64,000 bases of DNA from Eledone cirrhosa (lineage: Eukaryota). The stretch lies in the NCBI GenBank assembly GCA_964016885.1, contig OZ024740.1, positions 20,336,001 to 20,400,000 on the forward strand. The letters are read 5' to 3'. The stretch's first letter is position 1; each line of letters begins with the position of its first letter. The notes beneath the pieces were generated by a model, which ran no database searches, was not told the origin of the DNA, and was given only the letters and a program-made list of their open reading frames with translations. A program made the translations under genes and the position numbers. Below, one piece after another: positions 39,084 through 51,951 of this stretch.

Positions 39084-39407
39084 TCATCATCATCATCATC
39101 ATCAACGTTTAACGTCCGTGTTCCACGCTTGCATGGGTTTGGACGGGGGTAGTCCCACTTGAGGCAAGAGTGATTGTCTTGCTCGCATAGGACTGTCTGG
39201 CAGGTTTTCTACAGTTGGATGCCCTTCCTAACACCAACCACATTTACAGTGTGGGTCTGGGAGGTTTTTACCGTGTTGCCTACACGGCCACATTACAGCG
39301 TGGACTGTGTGTTTTTTTGTCGTGACACCTACACGATCTCATTTGTTTCGGCCTCGATGGCGCGGCACCAACATAACTTTACATAGAACGGGGTGGTGTG
39401 GATCGGG
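39084..39407 (-). mobile_element. RTE 3' UTR-only copy, nearly identical to 12226-12540
   Basis: catcaacgtttaacgtccgtgttccacgcttgcatggg...acggggtggtgtggat shared with very few differences. Confidence 0.92.
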
Positions 39408-40344
39408 TTATATATGTATGATGTATATATGTGTGCGTGTATATATATGTTCGTTTATATGTGTGTGTGTGTGTGTGACTCTTACAATTCTCCCTACTCA
39501 CACTACTCCACACACACACATTTCTTCCCCCCCCCCCCTCTCTCTCTATATATATATTTATATATCTCTTTGTTTTTAGAAATATTTTTTTTTTGTTTTG
39601 TTTTGTGTGTGTTTGTGTAGAGGGGTGCCACATACATGTTTGTGTGTCTCATCCCTCACCCTCACTTCCATTGTAACTACGCATACACACACACATATAT
39701 ATATGTGCATTCATGGAAAATAGATGTTAAATGGTAATGTGATATATATGTGTGTGTGTGTGTGTGTATACATGCATACACACCACACATTACAACCATG
39801 TTACCTCTTTAAAATCCTACATGGCACTACTGAAAAATGCAATCATTTCTTTTACTACCTCTCCCCCTCCCTATTATTTACCCCCCTCCCTCCCCCTCCC
39901 TATTATTTACCCCCCTCCCTCCCCTCCCTATTATTTACCCCCTCCCCCCTATTATTTACCCCCTCCCTCCCCCCACACACATACTCCACCCACACACCTA
40001 GTCTACCACATCCACTGTCTTATTTACTCTGTGTGTGTTTCTAATGATTATTACCTCATGGTGGGGTTTAGAGATGCCTTTTGTCTTTTTACACACGCAC
40101 ACAAACACAGTTTACATACACATGCTCATATACATAACTACAATTTTATATCCTCTCTGCCCCCCACCCTTCAACTCTGATGTCACCCCTATCTGTTTCC
40201 TTCTCTGTTACCACACACACACACACACATATAGCGCTCTCTGTGAGTTTTCTACTTTTAAACTGGAATTAAACTATTAAAATTAAACTCAATATATTAT
40301 GTCTTGCATCTTATTTTCTAAATCTAGATGAAAGTAAATCTCTG

Positions 40345-40595
40345 CCAACTCTCTCTTTAAAACAAGGTTTTACTACCTTCCTCCGACTCTCTTTAAAACA
40401 GAGTTTTACTATCTTCCTCTGTCTCTCTCTTTAAAACAGAGTTTTACTAATATCTCCCTCTGTCTCTCTCTTTAAAACAGAGTTTTACTCATATCCTCCT
40501 CCGACTCTCTCTTTAAAACAGAGTTTTACTAATATCCTCCTCCGACTCTCTCTTTAAAACAGAGTTTTACTAATATCCCCCTCCGACTCTCTCTC
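40345..40595. repeat. ~40-bp tandem repeat, about 6 copies
   Basis: Unit ctctctttaaaacagagttttactaatatcctcctccgact. Confidence 0.88.
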
Positions 40596-40746
40596 TGTCA
40601 CAGAAATGTGTTTTGGTTCAGAATCTTAATTAAAAGCTACAACTAGAATCTCTTTGCTGTTGCACAATTTAAATATGTTCTCTTTGTGAATACACATATA
40701 AAGACACATTGACATGTAAATGAATATATATATATTTGTACACACA

Positions 40747-40853
40747 CAGTGTGACCCAAATGTCTCTAGACTATTTTAAAATGTTTTACAATTAATATTT
40801 AATAAATTAAAGGGTTACATTTTGAAATGGTCTAGTTACTGTTGGGCCACCCT
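40747..40853. mobile_element. Short Tc1-like MITE
   Basis: cagtgtgacccaa..tagactattttaaaatg and cattttgaaatggtcta..ttgggccaccctg form imperfect inverted ends. Confidence 0.6.
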
Positions 40854-40868
40854 GTGTGTGTGTGTGTG

Positions 40869-40906
<38 letters not shown>

Positions 40907-40993
40907 TCACACACATACCCGTATGTGGTTGACGAATGAGAGAAAAGAGTACTCAATATCGGAGTAGAATTTAAATATTCATTTTGCTATAGA

Positions 40994-41029
<36 letters not shown>

Positions 41030-41176
41030 CACACATAAATATATTTTCTAAATTATTTTTCAGCTTTTTAATTTTTGCTATGTTGTTCCCCTGCTTTTTT
41101 ATTTCCATACTTTCCATACATTCACTCACACACACACACACTCATGTAAGTTTGTGTGTATAAATACTATTATTTG

Positions 41177-41362
41177 TGGATTGGCAGTATCGGTAGAGAG
41201 TCGGACGCCATGCTTTCCAGTATAGTTACGTCCCTTAACGGTTTGAGTACAAATCCCGCCGAGGTTCACTTTGCCTTTCATCCTTACAGGGTCGATAAAA
41301 TAAAGTACCAGTAATGCACTGGGTAATTGCTGGCTTTGTGCCAAAAGTAGAAACAATTATTT
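41177..41362 (+). mobile_element. SINE family 2
   Basis: tggcagtatcggt..gagtacaaatcccgccgagg..gataaaataaagtaccagt..tgtgccaaaagtagaaac. Confidence 0.85.
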
Positions 41363-41511
41363 GTAGTTCATGTAAAACAATATTTTTCAAGCAGACTGTA
41401 ACTCAATGAAAAGACTGAATACTTGAGTTCATAGAGTGAATATTGATTTATCTTATGATATCTACCATAGATCTATACAAGTATTTTAGTAGATGAGTAT
41501 ATTTTCAATGG

Positions 41512-41749
41512 TTAACCCTTTAGTTACCAACCAGGCCAAAGCCAGCTCTGGTTCTATGAAATAAAATTACCAGTTTTAAAGGTTTCCAATTTAAATTAAA
41601 ATCTTCCAACATAATCTTATATAAGAACCTTACATTAAGTTACTATCTTAGTAATGAAATAATAAATAATTTTAGAAAATCCCTCAAAATTCTTCATTAG
41701 TTAATTAAAATAGTGTATTTCATTAAAAATGCAGTTATGAAAGGGTTAA
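41512..41749. mobile_element. TTAA MITE family 2
   Basis: ttaaccctttagttaccaacc...gttatgaaagggttaa. Body shared with 46948-47183 and 60796-61028. Confidence 0.88.
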
Positions 41750-42180
41750 AATGACAAGTTGACTGCTGTAATGATACAAGATAAAAGGTTGAGAAAGAAG
41801 GGGGATTAGACATCCAGTAAGGAGATGAAATAACTAAATGGTGCTATATAAACTTGTAGATAGTTAATCAGTTTTATACTATACTACTGGAAACTAACGT
41901 TATACTATGTATGGACCTGTAACTCACGAGGATGTTGTGGGGGTGCCATACAGCATTTCTAGGGCATTTTTTTTTCATAAATGTTTATATTTATCTAAAA
42001 CATTTTATCATAATTTTGTGTAAGATCCTATATTAAGTTATGTTCCAACTATCAGTTTAATAATGAGAAAGTTGTATTACTAAATCCCTCCAATTGCTTG
42101 GTTATTTTCAAAATTAGAAATATAGTAAGGAAAGGATTAAATTACAGCTATTGACAGGGATTTGAAATAAAATACATTTT

Positions 42181-44952
42181 GTGGAGGTAGTTCGAGTTAG
42201 TAATAGAATAATTAAGCTTAGATTAGTTGTAGGCAAGAGACTACTGACAATCATCTCTGCCTATGCTCCCCAGGCATTTTAAAGAAGAGACAGACTGCTT
42301 TTATGAGCAACTTTTACAAACAGCCGCAATGACAGAGGATGGAGACATCGTTATGCTAGCAGGGGACTTCAATGGTCATGTTAGACAGCTCCAGGATGGT
42401 TACGGCTCAAGAAATGAAGAAGTGAGACTTCTTGAATTTTGTGATGCAAGTGAACTAACCATTTGCAACACTAACTTCCAGAAACCTGCCAACCACCTAA
42501 TAATCTACAAATCAAACGAGCACATGAGCCAGATTGACTTCTTGCTAGTTAGGCAGCGGGACAGGCAAATGGTGTCAAATACCAAGGCATACCCTGGGGA
42601 AGAATGTACCCCACAGCATAGGTTAGTTGTTAGTGATATCGCAGTAAGCAAGAGACGGAATGAGACATACAGGAAGGTGTGGAGAAGAAAGGCCTGGAAA
42701 CTAAAAGACCTTTCACTAAAATACAAATTTAGGAAAGCCCTTCAAGATGTGTATGACGAAAAAGAAGACGATTTAGAGTCGTATGACATGGATGATAACT
42801 GGAATTTCTTACATGACTACTTACTGCAGGCTACTGATGAAACTTGTGGCTGGAGCAGAGCTCAAACCAGACAGAGAGTGACCTGGTGGTGGAACAGCAC
42901 AGTAGATAGGGCTATTAGAGACAAAAGACTAGCATGGAATGCTTGGAAAAATGGTGGGAGTAGAGAAGGATATACAGCTGCTAAGAGAGAAGCTAGATGT
43001 CAGGTGTACTTAGCACACAGGGAGGCTGAGAGTAGGAGGTTTGCCAATGTTCTGCGACGAGAAGATCAGAGGCGTGCGGTGTTCTGCATTGCAAGGCAGT
43101 GTGTCAATGCAAATCAGGATGTTGTTGGAGATAAATGTGTCTGGAATGATGCCGGTGTACTTAGTGTCATGAATGATCAGAAAAAGGAGGCTTGGAAATG
43201 TCATTATGAGAGACTGATGAATGTGGAGAACGAATGGGAGAGAGAGAAATTAGCCCCAGAAGATCCGACAGAGGGACCAGCTAGTGAGATTGACGAATAT
43301 AGGGTCCAAGAGGCGATTAAGGAAATGAAAAATGGTAAGGCCGCTGGACCGTCGGGGATAGTTGCTGAGATACTGAAGGCATCAGGGGACGTAGGCACTA
43401 AACTGGTTGCACACATCATCAATCAGGCTATATATGGTGGTGTCATACCTAAAGACTGGTGCAGCAGTATTCTCATAAATTGCTACAAAGGTAAAGGGGA
43501 TGCTTTTGAGAGGAACAATTATAGGGGCATAAAACTATTGGATCAGGTTATGAAAGTGGCAGAAAGGATATTAGCACAACTAATTAGAGAAAGGGTCAAA
43601 CTAGATGAGATGCAGTTTGGTTTTGATCCTGGGAAAAGTATAACAGATGCCCTCTTCTTAGTGATACAACTAGAGAGGTTCTTAGAGAAGAATAAGCCAC
43701 TATACTTTGCTTTTGTTGACCCAGAGAAGGCCTTTGATAGGGTACTCTGATCTGTCATCTGGTGGTCCCTAAGGAAACTAGGTGTTGAGGAATGGCTTGT
43801 GAGGACAGTGCAAGCTTTGTGCAGAGGTGGTGTCAGTAAAGTGAGGGTAGGAATGGAGTTTAGTGAGGAATTCCAGATACAAGTAGGAGTACAACAGGGT
43901 TCGGTCCTCAGCCCGCTCTTGTTCATTATAGTCCTCCAAGCCATAACAGAGGAGTTTAAGACTAACTGTCCATGGGAACTTCTCTATGCTGACGATCTGG
44001 TTCTTATAGCAGAATCAATAGAGGAGCTAGAGAATAAATTCTGGTTATGGAAACAGCAGTTGGAATCAAGAGGACCGAGAGTGAACCTAGCTAAGACAAA
44101 AGTGTTGAAGAGTAGAAAAGAGGACAAAACTCTGATTCCGTCAGGGAAATGGCCATGTTCGATATGCAGAAAAGGAACTGGCATAAATTCTATAAAATGT
44201 ACAGAATGCAGATCTTGGGTTACAAGAGATGTAGTGGGATAGCAGGCAAACTAACAGGTAGGGAGAAATACGTATGCAGTAGATGTACAGGGAAATTTGA
44301 CAGTAGAAGTCATATTGATAGACACATTTTTCAAATGCAGGTGGGTGCTATAGAAGTGGTTGATAGCTTCCGGTACCTAGGTGATCAGATTAGCATGGGA
44401 GGCGTGGGTGTTCCGGGGCCATAGTATCTAGAATAAGGACGGGTTGGAAGAAGTTTAAGGAGCTGCTTCCGCTGCTGACGAAGAAGGGTTTCTCCCTGCG
44501 TACGAAAAGCCAGTTATATGATGCCTGCATGGTGGTGGGACATGGGCAGCAACTGCAGAGGATATGCGACGGCTGGAGAGAAATGAAGCAAGCATACTCC
44601 ATTGGATGTGCAATGTATGTGAATGACCAAGCATGGATGTGTTGAGAGAGAAACTGTGTCTGAGAGGGATAAATTGTAGTGTGTTGGAGAGAAGACTGCG
44701 ATGGTATGGACATGTGATGTGCATGGAGGGTGATGATGGGTAAAGAAGTGCCAAGAAATACCAGTTGAAGGAAGACGTAGTACAGGAAGACCATGGAAAA
44801 CATGGGCGGAAGTGGTGAGAGTAGACCTCAGATTGCTGAAGCTCACAGAGGAGATGACAAAGGACTGTGACAAGTGGAGAGATGCTGTGCTGAATAGGAC
44901 CTGTCCCACCTTTGCAAGCAGGGAAAAGCGGATGTAAAATGATGATGATGAT
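42181..44952 (+). mobile_element. Degraded RTE LINE (partial APE endonuclease plus RT, frameshifts and stops, short 3' tail)
   Basis: IISAYAP, GDFNGHV, SQIDF, PQHRLV (APE). YRGIKL, QFGF, KAFDRV, QGSVLSP, LYADD, FRYLG (RT) across ORFs 42263, 43799 and 44149. Ends cccacctttgcaagcagggaaaagcggatgtaaaatgatgatg. Confidence 0.95.
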
Positions 44953-46030
44953 TGAAAGGTTCAACCTTGTCAAATATTGTGATGATCATGATTCTGCCTA
45001 TTACATTAAGGGTACAAATACTTTAAGTAACAAGTCAGGCTCTCAGTTGATCAAACAATTGAATGCTCACTGTCGAAATCGACAGAGGACTTGCCATTAC
45101 ATAGTGTGTGATTATTAATAGAATGGAAGTTTGAAAATGACTGCTATCATACATAAAGAGTAGCATTGAATGAAAGAATACATTTTAAACAAATAGAATA
45201 TTATGATATTTCATGACTCGTACACTGTTCATTTTCCTGACATTTATACCTTATTCTATGTACTATACATGCACCTTTGATGATTTGTAGTGCACCTGAG
45301 TACTGTACACAATAATTTCATTATTGCTATTATAATATGGTGTGAAATAGAAATTTACGACAAAATTAATAAGAGGAGGTCTATTCCTACTAAGGTGACA
45401 CCGAAAGTAAAAGTAGTTAGTTTAATAAAATAGAAAATATATAATTACATATATATGTAGTGTCAAGGATGAAAGAAAAAGAGTGCTCTATGTTATCAGT
45501 AGAGCTGAAATATTATTAATGCCATACTTGACACAGTTGTTACCTTAGGTTTCAGAACATTGTATTAGCTATAAAATTCCATCAAATATTTTTTACCATA
45601 GAAAAATAGTCCTCATAATAGGGCATATAAGCCTTAATAACAGAACAAATGCACAGGGATGTATATGCCTTATTACTTTTGACTATTTTACTGTATTAAA
45701 AAAAATTGATGAAGCTTCTTTCTCATAAATTTCATGTATGTATGCGTGTATATATAAATATATAAGGGAAAAATAATTTTATGTAAATAAGATTAGAGAT
45801 AATTATTGAAGTTATATATATATTAAACAATCCTTAAAATTTTTTTTAGATAAAAGCTACATTTATCATTATAGTAGTCAATGAAGGGAACTGTCTTTGT
45901 TAAAGTAAGACTATAAACTTATAACGTAAATTTGCTTCACCGAAGATGGATTATTTTCAAACCTTTGGAATTTCATTTCTGGTGACTCATGACTACTTTG
46001 TAAACTTATTGTCTTACTTTTATATGTATA

Positions 46031-46064
<34 letters not shown>

Positions 46065-46128
46065 AAGGGATAACACTGGAAGGTAATATCTGTAGTAGTA
46101 GAGCACTCAGTCTATGGGACGAGTTTGG

Positions 46129-46269
46129 TAGAAGTAGTAACACAACAGTTAGTTCACCATACTGGGAACAAATGTTTCACCTTAGGGGAACTTCAGCTCA
46201 GAGCTGAAGTTCCGCTAAGGTGAAACATTTGTTCCCGGTATGGTGAACTAACTGTTGTGTTACTACTTC

Positions 46270-46271
<2 letters not shown>
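46129..46271. repeat. Near-perfect 143-bp palindrome (71-bp arms, 1-nt loop) in a (TA)n-flanked element starting about 46066
   Basis: tagaagtagtaacacaacag...gaacttcagctc-a-gagctgaagttc...ctgttgtgttactacttcta, centred on 46200. Confidence 0.95.
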
Positions 46272-46308
<37 letters not shown>

Positions 46309-46403
46309 ATGATTATATATATATATATTGCCTTGATTGTTGAATTGTAGTTCATGAATTCATGTTTTATTCTTTACTAATGTTTCAAAACTTCCACCCA
46401 CAG

Positions 46404-46553
46404 AAAATATGGCTTGGGAACAAGAACTGCCAAAGATGAGAAGAAGACAACAACACCAACTAGTCAGTACCGAAGAATTGGATCTGCGGAACCAAGTAAA
46501 TTAAAAAAACAGACCTCTGAATCGGCGCCAACTTCAAATCATCTCCAGAAGAA
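46404..46553 (+). CDS. 150-bp exon (phase 2 to 2)
   Basis: cttccacccacag acceptor and gaa|gtaaat donor. Reads KYGLGTRTAKDEKKTTTPTSQYRRIGSAEPSKLKKQTSESAPTSNHLQK. The frame hits a stop right at the donor. Confidence 0.75.
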
Positions 46554-46699
46554 GTAAATATATACATTTTTATAAATACATACAAATGCCCAAAAGACAT
46601 GTTCATTATGCAGATGTAAACACATTGTGGCACATATGCCTGGAATATAACTACCCCCCACATGTATGCAAATATATACTCACATATATGCAAACATGT

Positions 46700-47183
46700 A
46701 ACCAACCCAGCCAAAACCAGCTCTGGTTCTATGAAATAATTAATAATTTTAGTAAATTCCTCAAAATTATTCGTTAACCTTTTTGTTACCAACCCAGCCC
46801 AAACCGGCTCTGGTTCTATGAAATAATTAATAATTTTAGTAAATTCCTCAAAATTATTCATTAACCTTTTTGTTACCAACCCAGCCCAAACCGGTTCTGG
46901 TTCTATGAAATAATTAATAATTTTAGTAAATTCCTCAAAATTCTTCATTAACCTTTTTGTTACCAGCCCAACCAAAACCAGCTCTGGTTCTATGAAATAA
47001 AATCACCCATTTTAAAGATTTCTAATTTAAATTAAAATCCTCCAACATAATTTTATATAAGAACCTTACATTAAGTTACTATCTTAGTAATGAAATAATA
47101 AATCATTTTTGTAAATCTCTCAAAATTCTTCATTAATTGAAATAGAGTGTATGTCATTAGAAATGCAGTCATGAAAGGGTTAA
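46700..47183. mobile_element. TTAA MITE family 2 preceded by three 87-bp tandem derivatives of itself
   Basis: accaacccagcc-type starts at 46701, 46788, 46875 and 46962. Ends atgaaagggttaa. Confidence 0.85.
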
Positions 47184-47397
47184 CCCTTTCATGTTCAAAC
47201 CGGCCAAAATTCTCTATCTCTTTCTGTTGAAACTGGCTGTAACTGGGCGCTCAAACTGATGTTAAGGTATTGTTCTCAAAATAAATACTTTCAAAATCTC
47301 ATAGATTCGATATTATGTGACATAATTATGCGAGGTAAAGCCTTTACCATGAAAATATAATAGTATATATAGAGTAATGTGAATGCTAAACGGTTAA
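47180..47397. mobile_element. TTAA MITE family 1 sharing its TTAA with the upstream MITE
   Basis: ttaaccctttcatgttcaaaccggcc...gaatgctaaacggttaa. Body matches 28416-28644. Confidence 0.88.
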
Positions 47398-47744
47398 TGC
47401 ACAATTTAACATAATTGAATTAGCTTCCATTGTAAGCAGTAAAATTATCCATATTAACAGATTCAATTTGTTGTCATTGCCTCATAACTCGATGTAGATA
47501 GCTTCTGTGTGAGGTCCTGACAAAATATTTCAATTATATTTATTTATTAATTTACTTCTGTATGAGCAAGGCATGTTTATCTAATCTGGCTCACAATGTG
47601 ACAACTGGTTTAAGTTATGATGATGATTTTCTGAGTGGAAAGTAGATTTAAAAATCATGATGTGTGTATATATATCATCATCATCGTTTTTACTCTTTTA
47701 CCTGTTCCAGCCATCTGGCTGAGATGATGCTGGGGCACCACGCT

Positions 47745-48225
47745 TGAGACTTTTTTCCTCTTTTCCATGCTTGCATGGGTTGGACAGGTCCTTTTCAGCA
47801 CCAGCATCTCTCCATTCACCGAGTTTCTTCGTCAACTCCTCTGTGAGTCTCAGCAATTTGAGGTCAGCTATCATCATCATCATCATCATCATCATCACCG
47901 TTTTACGTCCGTTCTTCCATTCTAGCATGGGTTTAACGGGTTGTCCTGTTGTGGGCAGTGTCCGGTTGGCTGACCTTGTCTTGCTCATACGGGAACTGAG
48001 TCTGGATGCCCTTCCTAACATCAACCTCATTTACAGTGAGCGCTGGGTGCTTTTTTCCGTGGTGCCTACACGTCCACTTTACAGTGTGGGCTGGGTGCTT
48101 TTTTGCCGTGACACCTCCATGACCACTTTGTAGTGGGAGGGGATGGGGGCATATTGTCTATATGTTTCAGCTTCGGCTTGTACCCGTGGGAAGTCGGGTC
48201 TTCTGTATTACTGCATGATGCCAGC
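47745..48225 (-). mobile_element. Two adjacent RTE 3' fragments (short-tail type 47745-47868, long-UTR type 47870-48225)
   Basis: The first matches 44820-44930 (DLKLLRLTEELTK). The second matches 17929-18272. Confidence 0.8.
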
Positions 48226-48340
48226 TATCACCACATAAATTAGAAACAGATGTATGAATGACATCATTGCATATGTAAATATTGTTATATCTATGTGAAT
48301 GTAAATCCTTAAACAATATTTTTTACTTCACTCTCTCCAG

Positions 48341-48647
48341 TGGTGTTCCTGATGAAAATATGAACCCGTCTCCTGTTTCCTCAAATGCTCCCAGTCGAAG
48401 TTCTTCAACCAGCTCAATTCACAGTAGCAACAATGACAAAACGGTCAGCAAGACTTTGTCGGGCAGCCGTTTACGGTTAGATAAGAGCGGCAGCTCCACG
48501 ACTTCATCCTCAAACGTAGTCCGCCGTACGAAACCAGGGGACAAAACCAGCAGCAGCAGTCAGTTGTCGAGCACCAATTCCAAAATTGCTGTGACGGCAT
48601 CAAGCCGGTTACATATGTCAGGAACCAAATCAAACCACATAACGCCG
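48341..48647 (+). CDS. 307-bp Ser/Thr-rich exon (phase 2 to 0)
   Basis: ttttacttcactctctccag acceptor and ccg|gttagt donor. Reads (N)GVPDENMNPSPVSSNAPSRSSST...GTKSNHITP. CpG-rich relative to the flanks. Confidence 0.85.
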
Positions 48648-49015
48648 GTTAGTAGAATCCAACTGTTCTCTTCTTACCAGTTCAGGTTGTCCAGTATTTA
48701 TTTATTTATTTTTGGTTATATTTGCATTATTATTATTATTATTATTGTTGTTGTTATTGATGTTGATGTTGCTTTGTCTGCTTGTTTCTTGTGATCGTGG
48801 CTTTTTCAAGGTCTTGTTGTTGTTGTTATATTCTATTTTCTCCAGTCACTAATTTATTCATAATTTAATTTAAAAAAAAAGATAATTAATCAAACTAATT
48901 ATTTGCACAAAGGTTTTTCATCATCATCATCATCTTTGTTAATTTATTTTATCTTCTTTTTATTCTTTTATTACTTTTTTTGTTTATTTCTTTTTGATTT
49001 ATTTGTTATCAGTTA

Positions 49016-49243
49016 AAGCACTGATTGACAGTAATTGGTAGAGCGTCGGACATCATGCTTTGCAGCATAGAGTTACGGCCCTTTACGTTCTGAGTTCAAA
49101 TCCTGCTGAGGTTAAGCTTTGCTTTTCATCCTTACGGGGTCAATAAAATAATGTACCAGTAATACACTGGGATCAATTTAATCGACTTGCCCCTCCCCTT
49201 CAAATTGCTGGCCTTGTGCCTAAAGTAGAAATCATTATTATTA
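49016..49243 (+). mobile_element. SINE family 2 with (ATT)n tail
   Basis: gagttcaaatcctgctgagg B box, caataaaataatgtaccagt core, ggccttgtgcctaaagtagaaatcattattatt end. Confidence 0.85.
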
Positions 49244-49339
49244 TTGTTTCTCTCTTTTTTGTTTGTGTCTGGATTTTTTTAATTTAATTTTTTTTTTTTG
49301 TGTAGGTTATTTAAATCTATTTTCTCTTGCTTAGTGTTT

Positions 49340-50630
49340 GCGGAATTTTATCGTAGTAAGAAAAAAATAGATTAAAACAATATTAAACATGTCAGAACAT
49401 TGTCACTGGGTCTTTACCTTGCTATTAGTCACTTGCAGTCAGTTATGCGTGGACTATTGTACAGTACTGACACTCTTTAAAAAACCTCTTTTTGGAACAA
49501 TAGAAAATAGTTATTTTGAGATAAGATCGAATATCAAGTTTCTGGTGAAACTCAAATGGAAAGGGACACAGATTATGGAGGTTTTAGTTAAAGTTTACAG
49601 TACTACTGCTCCAAAGAAAACTGCTGTCTACAATTGGATTCAGCGATTCAAACAAGGGAGAGACGACCTTGAAGACGACCATCACAGTGGAAGACTAGGA
49701 ACATAAAAAAATGACCAAAACGTTGAGGCTGCTCAGACTTTAATTGAAGAAGATCGAAGAATAACAGTTAATCAGTTAGCTAAGTCCCTAGACATTTCAT
49801 ATGGTTCGGCAAATTCAATTCTGCACAATAATTTGGGACTAAGCAATCTTTCAGCGCGATGGGTCCCAAAAGTGTTGCGCCCTGATCAGCTGACTCTTCG
49901 AAGTGATCTGTCTTTGGCGATATTAAACAAAATTGAAGTTGATGAAGAGCATTTCCTGACCAGAATCATCACCGGAGATGAAACCTGGATCTACCAGTAT
50001 AATCCTGAATCCAAACAGCAGTCAAAACAGTGGCTTCCACGTGGATCATCGGGGCCAATCAAGTTCAAATCTCAAAAGTCGGATCAAAAAGCGATGGCTA
50101 CCATTTTCTGGGATTCAGATGGGGTGATACTAATAGATTATCTTGGAGGTCAAAGAACTGTGACAGGAGCTTACTATGCAAATGTTTTAAGGAAGCTGAA
50201 AGAGGCATTAGTCAAGAAACGAAAAGGGAAACTTCATGGTGGGATCTTGTTTCACCATGACAATGCACCAGCGCATTCTGCGTGGGTTGCAAAAGAAGTT
50301 CTTCGAGAATTTCGATGGGAAGTGCTTCCTCACCCGCCTTATAGTCCAGATTTAGCCCCATCAGACTTTTTCCTCTTTCCAAAACTCAAAGAAATGCTAA
50401 AAGGAACCCGTTTTTGTGATGTTGAAGAAGCTAAAAACACTGCCAACACATGGCTTCGAACAAGGCCTTCAACTTTCTTTAGAGACGGATTACGAAGCTG
50501 GAAGCATCGCCTTGTCAAGTGTATTGACCTGGATGGCAACTATGTAGAAAAATAAATTGAAGGCAAATCATATTTTTTGAAAAATAGAATATTTTCTGAA
50601 AAATTCCGCGGACTTTTTGATCCCCCCTCG
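49340..50630 (+). mobile_element. Mariner (DD34D-type) DNA transposon, left TIR truncated
   Basis: Right TIR aaaattccgcggactttttgatcccccctcg followed by TA. Only gcggaatttt of the left TIR remains. Confidence 0.92.
49500..50555 (+). pseudogene. Mariner transposase with one in-frame stop and a probable ATG>ATA start mutation
   Basis: ORFs 49389 and 49833 are in the same frame, split by TAA at 49704. Motifs WVPKVL, TGDETW, HHDNAPAH, YSPDLAPSD. Confidence 0.92.
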
Positions 50631-50912
50631 TACAATGTGGACTGGGTGCTTTTTGTTGCGTCACCTACATGACCACTTTACAGTGTGGACTGGGTGCTTT
50701 TTGTTGTGTCACCTACATGACCACTTTACAGTGTGGGCTGGGTGCTTGTTGTCGTGTCACCTACATGACCACTTTACAGTGTGGACTGGGTACTTTTTGT
50801 CGTGTCACCTACATGACCACTTTACAGTGTAGGCTGGGTGCTTGTCGTATCACTTACATGACCACTTTACAGTGTGGGCTGAGTTCTTTTTGTCATTACA
50901 CCTACATGACCA
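50631..50912 (-). repeat. ~46-bp tandem array (about 6 copies) of the RTE/SINE 3' UTR subrepeat
   Basis: Unit tacagtgtggactgggtgctttttgttgtgtcacctacatgaccactt, the reverse complement of the subrepeat at 2455 and 27330. Confidence 0.88.
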
Positions 50913-51142
50913 CAATACAAAAAAACAATAACTGAGGAAAATGACTTCAATTTTAGTCAATCCAATTGTTTGAAAAATAAAGATAATACTGTTAGGTGAA
51001 GAATATTTTACTTAGTGGTTAAAACCTAGAAATTATCAAGTATATATAGATATAGACATAAAGAGAACTATTTTTCTTCTCTGAATATTTGAGGATTTAT
51101 ATTCATATGGGTGGGTGGGTGGGGAAGGATTTCATTTTACTC

Positions 51143-51535
51143 GCTGATCCACATATATCTCACTGACCCATATATATCTCACTGACCCACATATATCTCA
51201 CTGATCTACATATATCTCACTGATCTACATATATCTCACTGATCTATATATATCTCACTGATCTACATAAAATCTCACTGATCTACATATAATCTCACTG
51301 ATCCACATATCTCTCACCGATCCACATATAATCTCACTGATCCACATATATCTCACTGATCCACATATAATCTCACTGATCCACATATAATCTCACTGAT
51401 CCACATATCTCTCACTGATCTACATATAATCTCACTGATCCACATATCTTGCTGATCTACATATAATCTCACTGATCCACATATATCTCACTGACCCACA
51501 TATAATCTCACTGGCCCACATATAATCTCACTAAT
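51143..51535. repeat. 20-21-bp tandem repeat
   Basis: Unit ctcactgatc(c/t)acatata(a)t. Confidence 0.9.
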
Positions 51536-51574
51536 CTGCCTTGCTGCCACTGACCCTACATATTCTCCCACTCA

Positions 51575-51609
<35 letters not shown>

Positions 51610-51735
51610 TTCCACTGATTTATTTATGGTTTCATTGACCTATGTATTACCTCACTGACTGACACATGTCTACACTGGCATACATATATCACTGACCTAC
51701 ATATGTCTACACTGACCTACATATGTCTGTACTGA

Positions 51736-51782
<47 letters not shown>

Positions 51783-51951
51783 GTTCTATATTTAGTCTCT
51801 TCAACTGACTGATGGTCTCTCTGACCTACTGCTGATTCTAAAGTATCTATCAATAGTCTCTTTAATCTATAGATGATATCACTGACATACATATAGGTTA
51901 CCAACTTAGATATTGTCACGTTGACCTAAAGATATTTAAGCTGTACATCTA

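Noticed and set aside
35737-39112. Three ~1100-aa ORFs resembling extensin or adhesive proteins
   Set aside because: The 24-bp monomer has no stop in any + frame. There is no signal peptide or credible gene structure, and the array lies within an inferred intron.
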